From: Octopus vulgaris | Taxonomy: Eukaryota | NCBI GenBank assembly: GCA_951406725.2 | Contig: OX597815.1 | Location: forward strand, 115,630,001 to 115,694,000 | Direction of reading: 5' to 3' | DNA: 64,000 nt | In this document: piece after piece, positions 52,501-64,000 of the stretch | Position numbering within the stretch: the first letter of the stretch is position 1 | How the letters are laid out: each line of letters opens with the position of its first letter | Notes under the pieces: model-generated | The model's input: only the letters and a program-made list of their open reading frames with translations | Databases searched by the model: none | What the model was told of the DNA's origin: nothing | Translations under genes and position numbers: made by a program

Positions 52501-54234
52501 ATGCATAGTGGGGGGGGGCACAAGTGGAGGGAAGCTGTCAACAGCAGATATGATAGGGTGATGAGAATAGTAGCAGATAAGAGATTGTGTTAAATAAGAT
52601 AATGACAATTCTAAGATGTATCTCAACGGATATATATATATATATATAACTGGAGGCACAGAAAAGGACAATCAATTTTAAATGAAGTTGGAAGAGTTGA
52701 TATTGATAATAAAGGATGGATTTTTAAAGGAAGTGGTTCCAGTGAGAGGGAGAGGTAACTGGTTACAGAAAGGAGGATAAAATATGTGTATATTCTGCTC
52801 TCAAATGGCTACAGCTGTTGAATAGTGCTATTGTTAGAAAAGAAGAGGATTGGGTGTGAGGAAGACAAGAGATAAGGAAGGCTTGAAGGGAACAGATTGG
52901 GTACAGGTCGCAGGATACAGTGAGTGTATAGAAATTAACATAATGTTTTTAGGGCCTCACTTTCATCAATATGGGTGGATCTTCTTGAGCACAGAAAATC
53001 TAAGACCAGTCCCTCTCATCATTTTATATACACTTATCTATGCTAGTATGGATTATATACAGACATACACTCTCACTTATACACATATACATTCATTCAT
53101 TCATTCATTTCTTTTTTCTTTGTGACATTAGCTCTAGTGAGGTTGCCTTGTATTCTGCAAGACTTAACAGTCCTCACTGTTATACATTGACAGAAGATGA
53201 ACTAGGCTGAGAAGGTGCAAGAAATGAGAGTATGATGAGAGAAACAAATCATTTAGAGAGAATAATGGAAGAGAAGTAGTAATGGTACCTATATATTTTT
53301 GGTAAACAAGAGATAGTGGGTGATGGATAGCAGCTGAGATGGATTATGGTAAGAGAGAGTAATGAAAGAGAGAGAGGAAGTGATGGATGATGTATATTGG
53401 ATCTCAACACATTTGGTGCAATCATTGTTATACAGACTTTATGATGGGAGACAAAGGTAGCATTGCAAAGATGGTATTCAAGGAAGTTTAAATACAGAGA
53501 TCCAATGCCATCCATCATTATTAGCATGGATTGGACAAGCCTCTTTTTGGCCATACTCTATGTCCAGATGCCCTTCCTGATGCCAACTCAATATTTTTCA
53601 AGTAAGGTAGTTTATCCCACTGGTCTTTGCACTCTAAACCACTGAGCTATGTGATATAAATACACACCACTGCAGGCCAAGAATATCAATTCAAAGACTT
53701 GCACATGTGCATGTGTATGCACACGCACAGAAGAAGATGGGTTTCTACACAGTTTCAGCTGCCAAAGTTCACTAAAAGACTTTTGTCAAACCAAGGCTAT
53801 AGTAGAAGACACTTGCTCAAGATGCCAAGTAGTGGTATTGAACATGAAAAATGCGGCTGGGGAGCAAACTTCTTAACCATATCTATGCCTATTGATGTAT
53901 AAGCTGTAGTAAAAATAGAATGAGTTCTATAAATGCATGTGCTACAGTAAATCATTCTATTAATCTGAGAAAAGAATAACAATGAAAAAAAATTAATGCT
54001 GGTGTAAGTTCAATATTTATCTTTCATAAAGGAGTTGTTTTCATTTCATTCCTTTTTGTTACTCCATCTTTTAAAATGACATTTGATCTTTGTTAAACAG
54101 GAATAAGAAATTTGTTTCTTCTTAATCCAATTAAGGTCTTCATTTATGTTGTAGTTATGGTGTTTTAAACAATAATAGATCTTCCAGATATATTGTATAT
54201 TATTTTCTTTGTATATATGTTACTGTGACTCTCT

Positions 54235-54276
<42 letters not shown>

Positions 54277-55741
54277 CTCTCTCTCTCTCTTTCTTTCTCT
54301 CTCTCTCTCTCTGTATGTACATGTATTTATGTGTGTGTGTTTGCATGTGTGTATATATATTTCGTATTATGCTAAGAAGCAATGCATGTTACTAGAATTT
54401 TAGACATGAGTCAAATATAACAAACAACTCCAAATCGTTGATAGAGTATATGCATGAGTGGAGTCAAGACCAGCTAGTTTGTAGTGGCATTGAGTCATAT
54501 TAGTTGTTATAATGAAGTCAAACCATATTTCAAAATGCTTTAACTGAGAAAGGTTTACATAATGGAAGCATTTCCTATTATATATTATGCAAACTTGAAA
54601 CACACATATCAAATGATTTCAAAATCATTTAATCATAGTTCATCATCATCATCGTCGTCGTTTAACGTCTGCTTTCCATGCTGGCATGGGTTGGACAGTT
54701 TGACTGAGGGCTGGCAAGCCAGAAGGCTGCACCAGGCTCCAACCTGATCTGGCGAGGTTTCTACGGCTGGATGCCCTTCCTAACACCAACCACTCTGAGA
54801 ATGTAGTGGATGCTTTTTGCATGCCATTGGCACAAGGGCCAGTCAGGCAGTACTGGCATTGACCATGCTCAAATGGTGCTTTTTACATGCCATTGGCACA
54901 GGAGCCAGTCAGGCAGTACTGGTAAGAGAAAGAAATAGAGAATGTGAAACAGAGAGCACACAATTACTCATACAATGTAGGTTATATAAAGAACATCCTG
55001 TAGATCCACTGTTGTTTAAAATGCTAAAAGTATAACATATACAAAACTTTAATTGAATAAAAGGAAAAAAGATGATCATTTTCTACATCCTTAGATATAA
55101 AATCATGCATGTATGTATATCTGTGTGTGTCTCTGTTTAGTTGAGACATGATAGCTAAGAGAGTAAAATGCTTTTCATTGACTAGATGATACAAAGACCT
55201 TACATCTCTGTTTGTTTCATGTTGTCTTGCTTTTAACAGATTCCACTTCTACTTCACAATTCAGTAGGCAATTGAAACTATCTCCAACCAGCTATTAAAA
55301 AGCAATTCTTCCCACAAAAACCACTCCATACGTGAAAATGGATGTAAAATAGCAAATATACTCAGTACAGACAGACACACACACACTCACACACACACAC
55401 ACACACACATACATATATATATATGGAAGGTGGACATTAAACAATGATGAAGATGATAAATATATATATATACATGAGATACATTTTACTGATTATATCA
55501 ATTATACAATGTGTTGATATTGTCGCTATTATTTAGTTCTATGTGAATGCTGATCAAGCAAACCTTTGATTAAAGCCATTTCAACTATGACTGTCCTTAC
55601 TATATAGTATTTCCATAACTACATTATCAGATCTGTTTTTCAGAGATAGTAGAGTGAGTTATGAAGAAGTATTGACTGCTACTTCTAACAATCCAAACTT
55701 GTAGAGATTTCTCTTTTACTCATTTACTTATTTACTCATTG

Positions 55742-55779
<38 letters not shown>

Positions 55780-55977
55780 CTGTATTTGGGAGTATAAATA
55801 GATGTACTTTCCTTATTGTATGTGTGTATGTATATGTGTGTGTGTGTATGTGTATATACATACATACGTGTGTGTAGTCAAATCAAATAACTGAACATTA
55901 AAAATAACAATAAGAAAAAAGACAACAAGAGGACATGCACATGGAATGTATTAGTTTGATGTTTGGTAAGAAGAGAG

Positions 55978-56013
55978 TTTTTGACATTTCAAGCATAGGT
56001 TTTCATCAGAAAG
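55978..56013 (-). ncRNA. Minimal hammerhead-like motif of Penelope type (decayed)
   Basis: Minus strand ttt CTGATGA aaacctatgctt GAAA t GTC aaa, one CpG-type change from GAAACGTC. Stem I is ttt/aaa. It lies in a ~190-bp unit between (TG)n tracts. Confidence 0.55.
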
Positions 56014-56620
56014 GAAAACAGAAAAGTCCAAAGAAGGGAAAAAAATACCATCAGCATGTGTATGTGTGTGTGTCTGTGTGTTTTGTGTGAGAGAGAGAGA
56101 GAGAGAGATAGAAAGCCAATATAACTATTGATAAGTTGATATCCTCAACATGCTTTACATCATATAGAGTAACGAACAGAAAGAGTAAGAGAGAGATACA
56201 GAGAGAGATAATGTAAGAGGTACAGAATGAGTGCACATACTAGGCTTGGTGTCAGGCAGAGAAGTATAGGGATTAAATGACAGTAGTTATGGAAGAGTTA
56301 TACAAATGGGAAATTTGTTTTCTCTTATTTGATTTTAAGGTAATAAATATTTGTCTTTTAAAAATTGGTTTCATCATTTTGTATATGCACCAAGAAATTT
56401 GCTCAAAGTTAAATTATCTGTATTATATGTATATCATAATTCCTGATATTACCCATGGTGGACAAAAGCATACTTCAAATTACCTGTTTTATGATGGGTA
56501 ACACTCTTTATATATATATATATATATGTGTGAGTGTGTGTGTATGTATGTATCTATGTATACACTGGCTGATGTATGTCATTTTTGTATCCCTTCCATT
56601 TTCTTTTTTGGTACATTATA

Positions 56621-56671
<51 letters not shown>

Positions 56672-57820
56672 GTATGCATATATGTATGCATATATGTATG
56701 TATATATATATATATATATATATTTGTATACATTTATATATAAATATGTGTGTGTGTATTGTAGAATTGGTATTTTGAATGGGATGTTTAGAATTCCATG
56801 TAAATCATTCTTTATCCATATTCCAATTGACAGTTAAATATTATTTGTCCTTCAATATTCTTTTGGTACTATATACAACTGAACAATTTACAGAGTTTAT
56901 ATTTGAGAGTGATATAAAGCAGAAGAGTTAGTTTAATTATTCTCTATAGTAACATTATAAATCATCAATAAGATAATTTAGACTTTCTTGTTTTATTCCA
57001 CTCTCATATATATATATTCACACACACACAACACACACACACACATATATATATACAAATATCTATGCATTTATATATATACATTTAAATATTATACACC
57101 TTTATGTATACACACACATATATATACATACATACATGTGTTGTACAACAGAATATATCTATTGATTTGTATTCAGTACTGCACTACAATACCTACATGA
57201 ACAGCAGAAGCAGGATCAACCTGACTAGGTTCACACTGTAATGAGATTTCATCAGTGAAACTGAACATATCTTCTTTAAGTCTGTATGGAGATATTGCTT
57301 ACTATAAAACCACTATTACTAAGACTTATATAACATTGAAACCGAAAACACTGTTAACTCATGAAATAGTCATATATAAATATATATGTATGTCTATGTG
57401 TTTCTCTGTGTATATTGTGGAGAATGATGAATTTTCTTAATAGTATTATTTTCCTGAGGTTGCATGTTGTAGACATATTGATAGTAATCTATCAACATTT
57501 ATCAAATAAATCAAAATTTTTGTTTCTTTAGATTGGACAAGTGTTGAGACTGTATCATGTCTTATCATTGAATTTAATGAACTAAACTATTTACAGACTG
57601 CTTGGGTTGCAGATTTCTCTTAATTTGTTGTTTATTGATTGTTGTTGTTGTTATTGATGTTGTTGGTTTGAAATTACTTTCCTTCTCTCTTTTTTTGTGT
57701 GTGAATTTGTGTTTCTTTTCCTTTTTTTATTTTTTGGCCATAAATATTTCCTTTGCTTAATCCTTATTGTTATTTTCTTTGTTTTTTTCCTTTCTTTTTT
57801 CTATTTCCCCTTTTTCACAG

Positions 57821-58240
57821 CAGCCCCGGCGTAAACAGCGCTATATCCAGAGGTCAAAATCCCATGATGACCCCTCTGCTGATATCCATGCTCCCGCAGG
57901 TACTGCCAGAGGTCGCATTGCACGCCAGGGTGCACGCATTGTCCGATCTCGCTCTCCCTCAGGTAGCCCTGTACGCCACCATTATGAACACCACCATCAC
58001 CAGTCCACTAATGTGAGCCCAGCGACCAGTCAAACTTACATGGTCACTCGGTGTGACTCATCAGATTCAATAAACACCAATGAAAACTCAGCATTACTCA
58101 AGGATGATGAGAAAAACCAAGCACAAGCAGCACTTTGCATCTATTTTGATGGGTCTGAGCTGGATGACAGTGTAGAAGAAGAAACAAATGTATACAAAAG
58201 TAAAAAGAACAAAAAAACTAAAAAGAAACTTCCAATCTAA
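57821..58240 (+). CDS. unc-80: Probable UNC80 terminal coding exon: QPRRKQRYIQRSKSHDD...DDSVEEETNVYKSKKNKKTKKKLPI*
   Basis: Very long pyrimidine tract plus cacAG(cAG) acceptor, phase 0 matching the 27382 donor, GC-rich open frame ending in TAA at 58238-58240. The link across the 30 kb intron is inferred from phase and orientation. Confidence 0.8.
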   Translation, partial: QPRRKQRYIQRSKSHDDPSADIHAPAGTARGRIARQGARIVRSRSPSGSPVRHHYEHHHHQSTNVSPATSQTYMVTRCDSSDSINTNENSALLKDDEKNQAQAALCIYFDGSELDDSVEEETNVYKSKKNKKTKKKLPI

Positions 58241-58741
58241 AAATTAGAAATTTTAAAAGAATATATATTTAAACTATTATTTTTTTAAACAATTTAGTTT
58301 TAATTATTTAAAGATAATTTATGCATTTAAAATTCAATTTTCTTTTAGTATTGTTATTTAATTTTAACTGTAAATGCATTTTGTTCCAAAAGTATTTTGA
58401 ATGAAAGAGACTAGTACTGCTACGGGAAAAAATGTTTTACTTTGCAAATAATTATGAAAAGAATATCTATTTTAAAGAAACGTATATCTATTTTGATTCT
58501 TGTTGCTGATTAATCATTCTGGTTGCTTGCAATAGTTTGTTTTTTGGGGTTTTTTTTTCTTTTGATTTGTTTTCGCATTTGATATAACCCATGTTTATTA
58601 ATATACTATAAAGTTCTGTTTGTTTTTTATTTCCTTTATTATTTGATTTCAAGATTATAGTTCTCTCTTTTTATGATGATGATGATTTAATAAATTTTCA
58701 ATATTATTACTGTTAATACTAATATTATTATTATATCTAAT

Positions 58742-59253
58742 GTGGTGAGCTGGCAGAATTGTTAGTGCATTGAACAAAATGCTTGATGGCATTTCTTGCA
58801 GCTCTTTACATTCTGAGTTCAAATCCCACCAGGTCAACTTTGCCTTTCATCCTTTAGGGTGGGGGTCCATAAAATAAAGTACCAGTCAAGTACTGGGGTC
58901 GATGCAACCAACCAACCTCTCCCTCTAAAATTTGCTGGCCTTATGCCAAAAGTTGAAACCATTAATATTATTATTACATCTGCTACTACTATCATTATTG
59001 TCACTATTATCATCATCATATTGGGTGGTGAATTGGCAGAGTCATTAGAACATCAGAAAAATATGCCTTGTAGTATTTGTTTCAACTTTTCATGTTCTGA
59101 GTTCAAATTTCACTTGAGGTCAACTTTGTCTCTCATCCTTTCAGGGTTGATACAATAAAGTACCAGTCAAGTATTGGGGTCAATGCAATCAACTAGCTCC
59201 CTCCCTTTAACATTTTTGGCCTGGTGCCTAAATCAGAAACCATTATTATTATT

Positions 59254-59286
<33 letters not shown>

Positions 59287-59503
59287 TAGGATGGTAGGCT
59301 GGTAGAACCGTTTGAGCTTCAGAAAAAATGCTTTGTAGTATTTATTCTGGCTCTTTACATTCTGCATTCAAATCCTACCAAGGCCAACTTTGTTTTTCAT
59401 ACTTTTGAGGTCAATAAAATAAAGTACCAGTCAAGTACTGGAGCAATGGTATCGACTAAACCATTCCCCTCAAAATTGTTGGCCTTGTACCAAAATTAGA
59501 AGG
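58742..59503 (+). mobile_element. Tandem triplet of the ~210-bp SINE just downstream of the unc-80 stop (probable 3' UTR or flank)
   Basis: Copies at 58742-58960, 59023-59241 and 59289-59503, separated and followed by (ATT/ATC)n. Confidence 0.85.
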
Positions 59504-59517
59504 AATTATTATTATTA

Positions 59518-59552
<35 letters not shown>

Positions 59553-62500
59553 GGATTGGCTTGCAGTACATATCTAGCAATAATATTTGTTAAACCCTTC
59601 CAGGCCTTCCTTTACTATAGTAAGATTTCATAGGATAAGGACATAATTTTTTTTTATTTATTCTATCAGGCTATGGAAAAGATATTCTAAGTGAAAGGTG
59701 CCAATCATCTCTCTTAACCAATAGTAGTTATATTTCTTTATAAATATGAGATTGTGCTGAAATTGCTTTGAAATTTATTATTTCCTTTTGATTTTTAAAT
59801 TTTGTCATTTCTGTTAGGTAAAGAAAAATATTTTGTAATTTACGATAGTTTCTTCACTTCTAATTCACTATTTTGTGGGATGTAATGGCCACATTTATCA
59901 TTGTGTGAATAGCCATTGAAATAAACACGCACACATGTAAAGTTTAACTTTAATCTGTTTATAGACAAGCTGATCCTATTTTTTAAAATCAATGTTTACA
60001 ACATTACTTAATTACAACTTGTTTGTGTTGTAGAAATGGCATTATGATGAGATTTTATTAAATATATTTACACTACCTTTTAGCAAATACTCATAGTAGT
60101 CTGTTTACATTTCACATATAAATAATATTTATCTTGTCTTTTCAAATGTATATACTTGTTGATCTTTAAATCTTCTGGCATCTTTTCTTTCAAAAAAATA
60201 CAGTTTTATAATTTTAACTATTCAAAAATATTTTCTAAAATTTCTTTGTAGTATAAATTAAGATAAATTTACTTCACCAAAAATAAAACAAAGATGTAAG
60301 CAAATATTAGTATGTATACAATTCATATAGTTAGTTTTTTATTCATATAGTTAGTATTTTATTAATTCACACATAAACATGCATGAATACATACATATGT
60401 GTGTGTATACATGTGTAAGGTTTGATTTCAGTATTGCTTTAAAAACAATTATATCTTTCTTCCCTCCTACATGTATAGAGAGATAGATAGAATGATTAAT
60501 TGATCAATAGTTATACACATTATGCTAGCAATGAACTGGAGGAATGAGTTCTCAATACTGTTTAGGGGAATAAATAATTATATTTAAACAGAATTCAACA
60601 ATCCATTCCATAGATTTCATGTGAACATATTCACAATTATTCAGTCAGAGTTTAGATTGGTGACTTTTGATTGTTAAAGTACTAGAGTTGCTATCAAACC
60701 CTGATTGATTATCTGCAGATATATTTGCACAAAACCTATGGTATTGGACAACTGAATTCTATTGAAATATAATTGTATAATATACATATCATAATAATGG
60801 AATTATATATGTATATATCATTACAATTGAAAGAAAGGTGCATTTGTTTTAAAAGTAATTTTGAATTCAAACCTTTACAGCAAATTTCAAATTCTTCATG
60901 ATTTACAAGAAGTGAAAGTATATTTATTATATATGGATGAAGAACAAAGAAATTTGTAATTACCAATTATGAAATATATGTAGCTTCTGATTTCACATAG
61001 CAAGTTTTAAAATATAACTCTTCTCTAATATAAATCACTTTATTTAAAAGCCTTGTGTATTTGTTAGTTGTTTCCCTCTCACCTCATTACCAATTGCAGA
61101 AAGAATTTGGCTTTAGATAAAATATAGATATAGCAGTATAGAAATAGAGACTCCCTGCCAGTTTGACACTGAATATTAGCTCTGCTTTCAAACACCGTAA
61201 AGTAAGATTGAGTAGCTTAACTATAATTTCTGTATCCCAGTTTATCATATTTGTAGATATTATCACGCTTATAGATAATAAATATATACCAGCCCATCCT
61301 AAGAAAGACATTTAGAAAGATAGTTTACAAATATAATAACATTTGTTGTCATAAGTTGTACAGCTAGGGCGAATCATCAGTTCAATTAAAAAGTTTAAAG
61401 AAATATGAAAAGAATATAAAATGCAATATGCTGACATATACTAATTATAAGCATTAATATTATTGTTATTAGTTACACATTAATAACAATAAAAGTTACA
61501 TGTTGGTTGTAGTGGTGACAACAAAACTAATAGCCAAGCATATATATGTTTGTGTGCGTGTGTGTGCTAAAAATGTCTCACTTCTACAAAGCTGTGTTGT
61601 TAGTGACCCTGATAATGTTGGGTTGAAGGGATTAGTTTATGATCTCCTAATCTCTACTGTATCATTTGTAGATAAATGAGCCTATAAACATTATCATTAT
61701 CATCATCATTTTAATGTTAACTTGCATACAAAACTATTGACAGTTTTCTACAGCTAGATGATCTTCCTGACACCAATTCTCACCTGTTTCCAAGCAAAAT
61801 TATAATCCCCCGTCTATTGAACAACAAGCATTTAAGCATTATGTTTTTTTTTGGGGGGGTTTTGTAGAGAATTGTAAACAAACAACACTTTTTGCATAAA
61901 CAGTGAGGCCTTTGTTTACAATCAGTGCCCAACAAGTCAAAACAGGCCAACAAGTCTGGAAATACTTTCATACAGTGGATTGCAAAAAAATGACACTGTC
62001 TGCATGAATGATGAGGCTTTTGTTTCCAATTAGTGCACACCCATGTAAAAATGAGGGGAATTACGAACTTATTCACACATACACACACATATAGCCATAT
62101 ATATTACAGGTTTCTTTCAGTTTTCATCTACAAATTTCACACTCAAGATATTGGTCAATCTGTGGCTTTAGTGGAGGACACCAACCATGAGTGCTTATTT
62201 AGTGGGACAGAACTTCTAATCATGTGGTTCCGAAATGAATTTCTTAGCCACAAAGTCATACCTATGCTTATCAATTAATATTGAATTCTGGGTAGTAAGA
62301 TCTTAATTGGAATGAGCCATAAGATAGATGGAAGTAATTAGCATGAGAGGGAGAGAGAGAGAGAGAGACCTTAGTTGTGTTAAGGAAAAATAAATTGTAA
62401 GCATAGGATTAAGTTAATTCACTGCAATTTAGATAAACAAATTTTAGTTTGTTTACGATTTAGATGGAGCAAAGGATTAACTTACAACTGGTTTTCTAGC

Positions 62501-63215
62501 ATAAGGTTATGTGCATTAAGTTAGGAGGGTGAGAGAGAATGATAGGGACAATTGAATTAAGATAGCCAGGTGCACTATGGTAAGAAAGGGAGAAGCTAGA
62601 GTTAGAATATAAAGTATTATTTCTCAATTAACTAAACCTTAGAATAAAATAAGCACCAAAAAGAGGACAATAACTAAATCCACAGATGTTGTCAGCTTTA
62701 TATGAAACTGTTGACTAATACATTTCTTAAACACTCTATTCTATAGAACTTTGCCTCAAGCTATTTATCAATTTTCAATTTGTTATTCTGAAAGCTATTC
62801 AGTAATAGTTTATATTTTTGTTTTATTTTTGGTATAGTATTTGGCATAAAAGTGCATCTTTTTTTTTTCTTGTTTTTATGGAAGTTTCCATCTTTTTTTT
62901 TTTTTAGTCATTGAAAATAAATCAGGATTGCAGAAGAGCTTAGAAAAAAAAATTAGATATTTCAAAACTTCCTCAATCACATTATTTGGACAAAACAAAA
63001 AAAAAATAGCTATCTGATTAGAGAACTTTGACATTTTTATGCCATTAATTTTTGTTCTCTCAGACACATATGGTCTACCATTTATGATGTTGGCCTGATG
63101 AGTATGATGATAATAACAATAATTACTAAAGGTATTAATTAATACTAGGATAATAATAGTTTTATCAAAAATAGACAATAATGAAAAACTTAGATGATGA
63201 TAATAATAATAATTA

Positions 63216-63265
<50 letters not shown>

Positions 63266-63910
63266 GTAATAATAGTGGTGATGAATAATAGATGGAGAGG
63301 TAGATAAATTAGCTGAAGTTTGTTGTTCATTTCATAAGCAAAATAATATTATAGGAAGAAAAGTAGTTTTGTAACTCTTATTTGAACTATGTTTTAAACT
63401 CATTTACAGAATTGGCATTAACAGTAGTCAGTAATTTAAAACATTAATTTGTCTTTTGTAACAAAAAAAATGACTCGCCAATATTCATGTAGAAATAGTT
63501 GACATATTAACAAAATTTTAGTCTCAGCATATAACAACTTCAAAATATTCTTTATTATAATATATATATATTTCTAATAGTGACCTTAATATAATGTTGT
63601 AAAGAAAAAAATGCATCAATTTACAAAATGTCAAATTTTATGATTTACAGAATTTTTACTATTCAATTAATATTTGATTTTTTTATTAAATATAGTAAAA
63701 AATATTCTTCTTTTTTATTCAAATAGACCATAGACATAGAAAAAAAAATTGTATTAGCTATCTTCCATTTCAAAATATGACAGCATGGTGGGAATAATAT
63801 ATTTTGAATTTTTGATCAAAATTGGGGTTTAAATCCCTGACCATAGCTGGTATACATTTACTCAAATATTTGAGTTCTATTTTTCCTGTTTGCATCATCA
63901 TACCTGTATG

Positions 63911-63953
<43 letters not shown>

Positions 63954-64000
63954 TATGCTATTGATCTATAAATATATGGTATGAATTTTCTTAACTCTTA

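Noticed and set aside
52080-52930. Minus-strand ORFs 52175..52456 and 52255..52671
   Set aside because: Purine-rich low-complexity tract whose complement lacks stops; no recognisable domain or splice structure.
57220-57258. Minus-strand CTGATGA...GAACCTAGTC hammerhead candidate
   Set aside because: Core mismatch and no stems I or II. It may be a decayed copy but cannot be supported.
63340-63910. Possible DNA transposon end before the (TA)n tract
   Set aside because: I could not identify a matching TIR or coding remnant.

Overview
AT-rich, microsatellite-dense eukaryotic DNA. The repeat landscape suggests a cephalopod, probably Octopus, but that is an inference. The window holds the 3' part of one + strand gene, unc-80 (the large accessory subunit of the NALCN sodium leak channel complex). 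I traced 13 GT-AG coding exons by hand (4729-58240). They splice in consistent phase into 742 codons (741 aa plus stop) and include a ~9.9 kb intron and a ~30.4 kb final intron. The introns carry RTE-clade LINE fragments (one with a PHD finger, one with a clear target-site duplication), R4/Dong-like LINE remnants in TAA repeats, several tRNA-derived SINE families, mariner and piggyBac remnants, a MITE and many microsatellites. Most of the supplied ORFs are microsatellite or repeat noise. Two observations stand out. First, a recurring set of minimal type I hammerhead-ribozyme-like motifs of different sequence, most inside fold-back elements, including a ~1.14 kb palindrome with a perfect 60-bp core. 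Second, an apparent stop-loss (ETNV then TAC) that buries a class I PDZ-ligand-like motif under a 15-aa lysine-rich tail at the UNC80 C-terminus. All coordinates and pairings were read by eye; no search or folding program was run.
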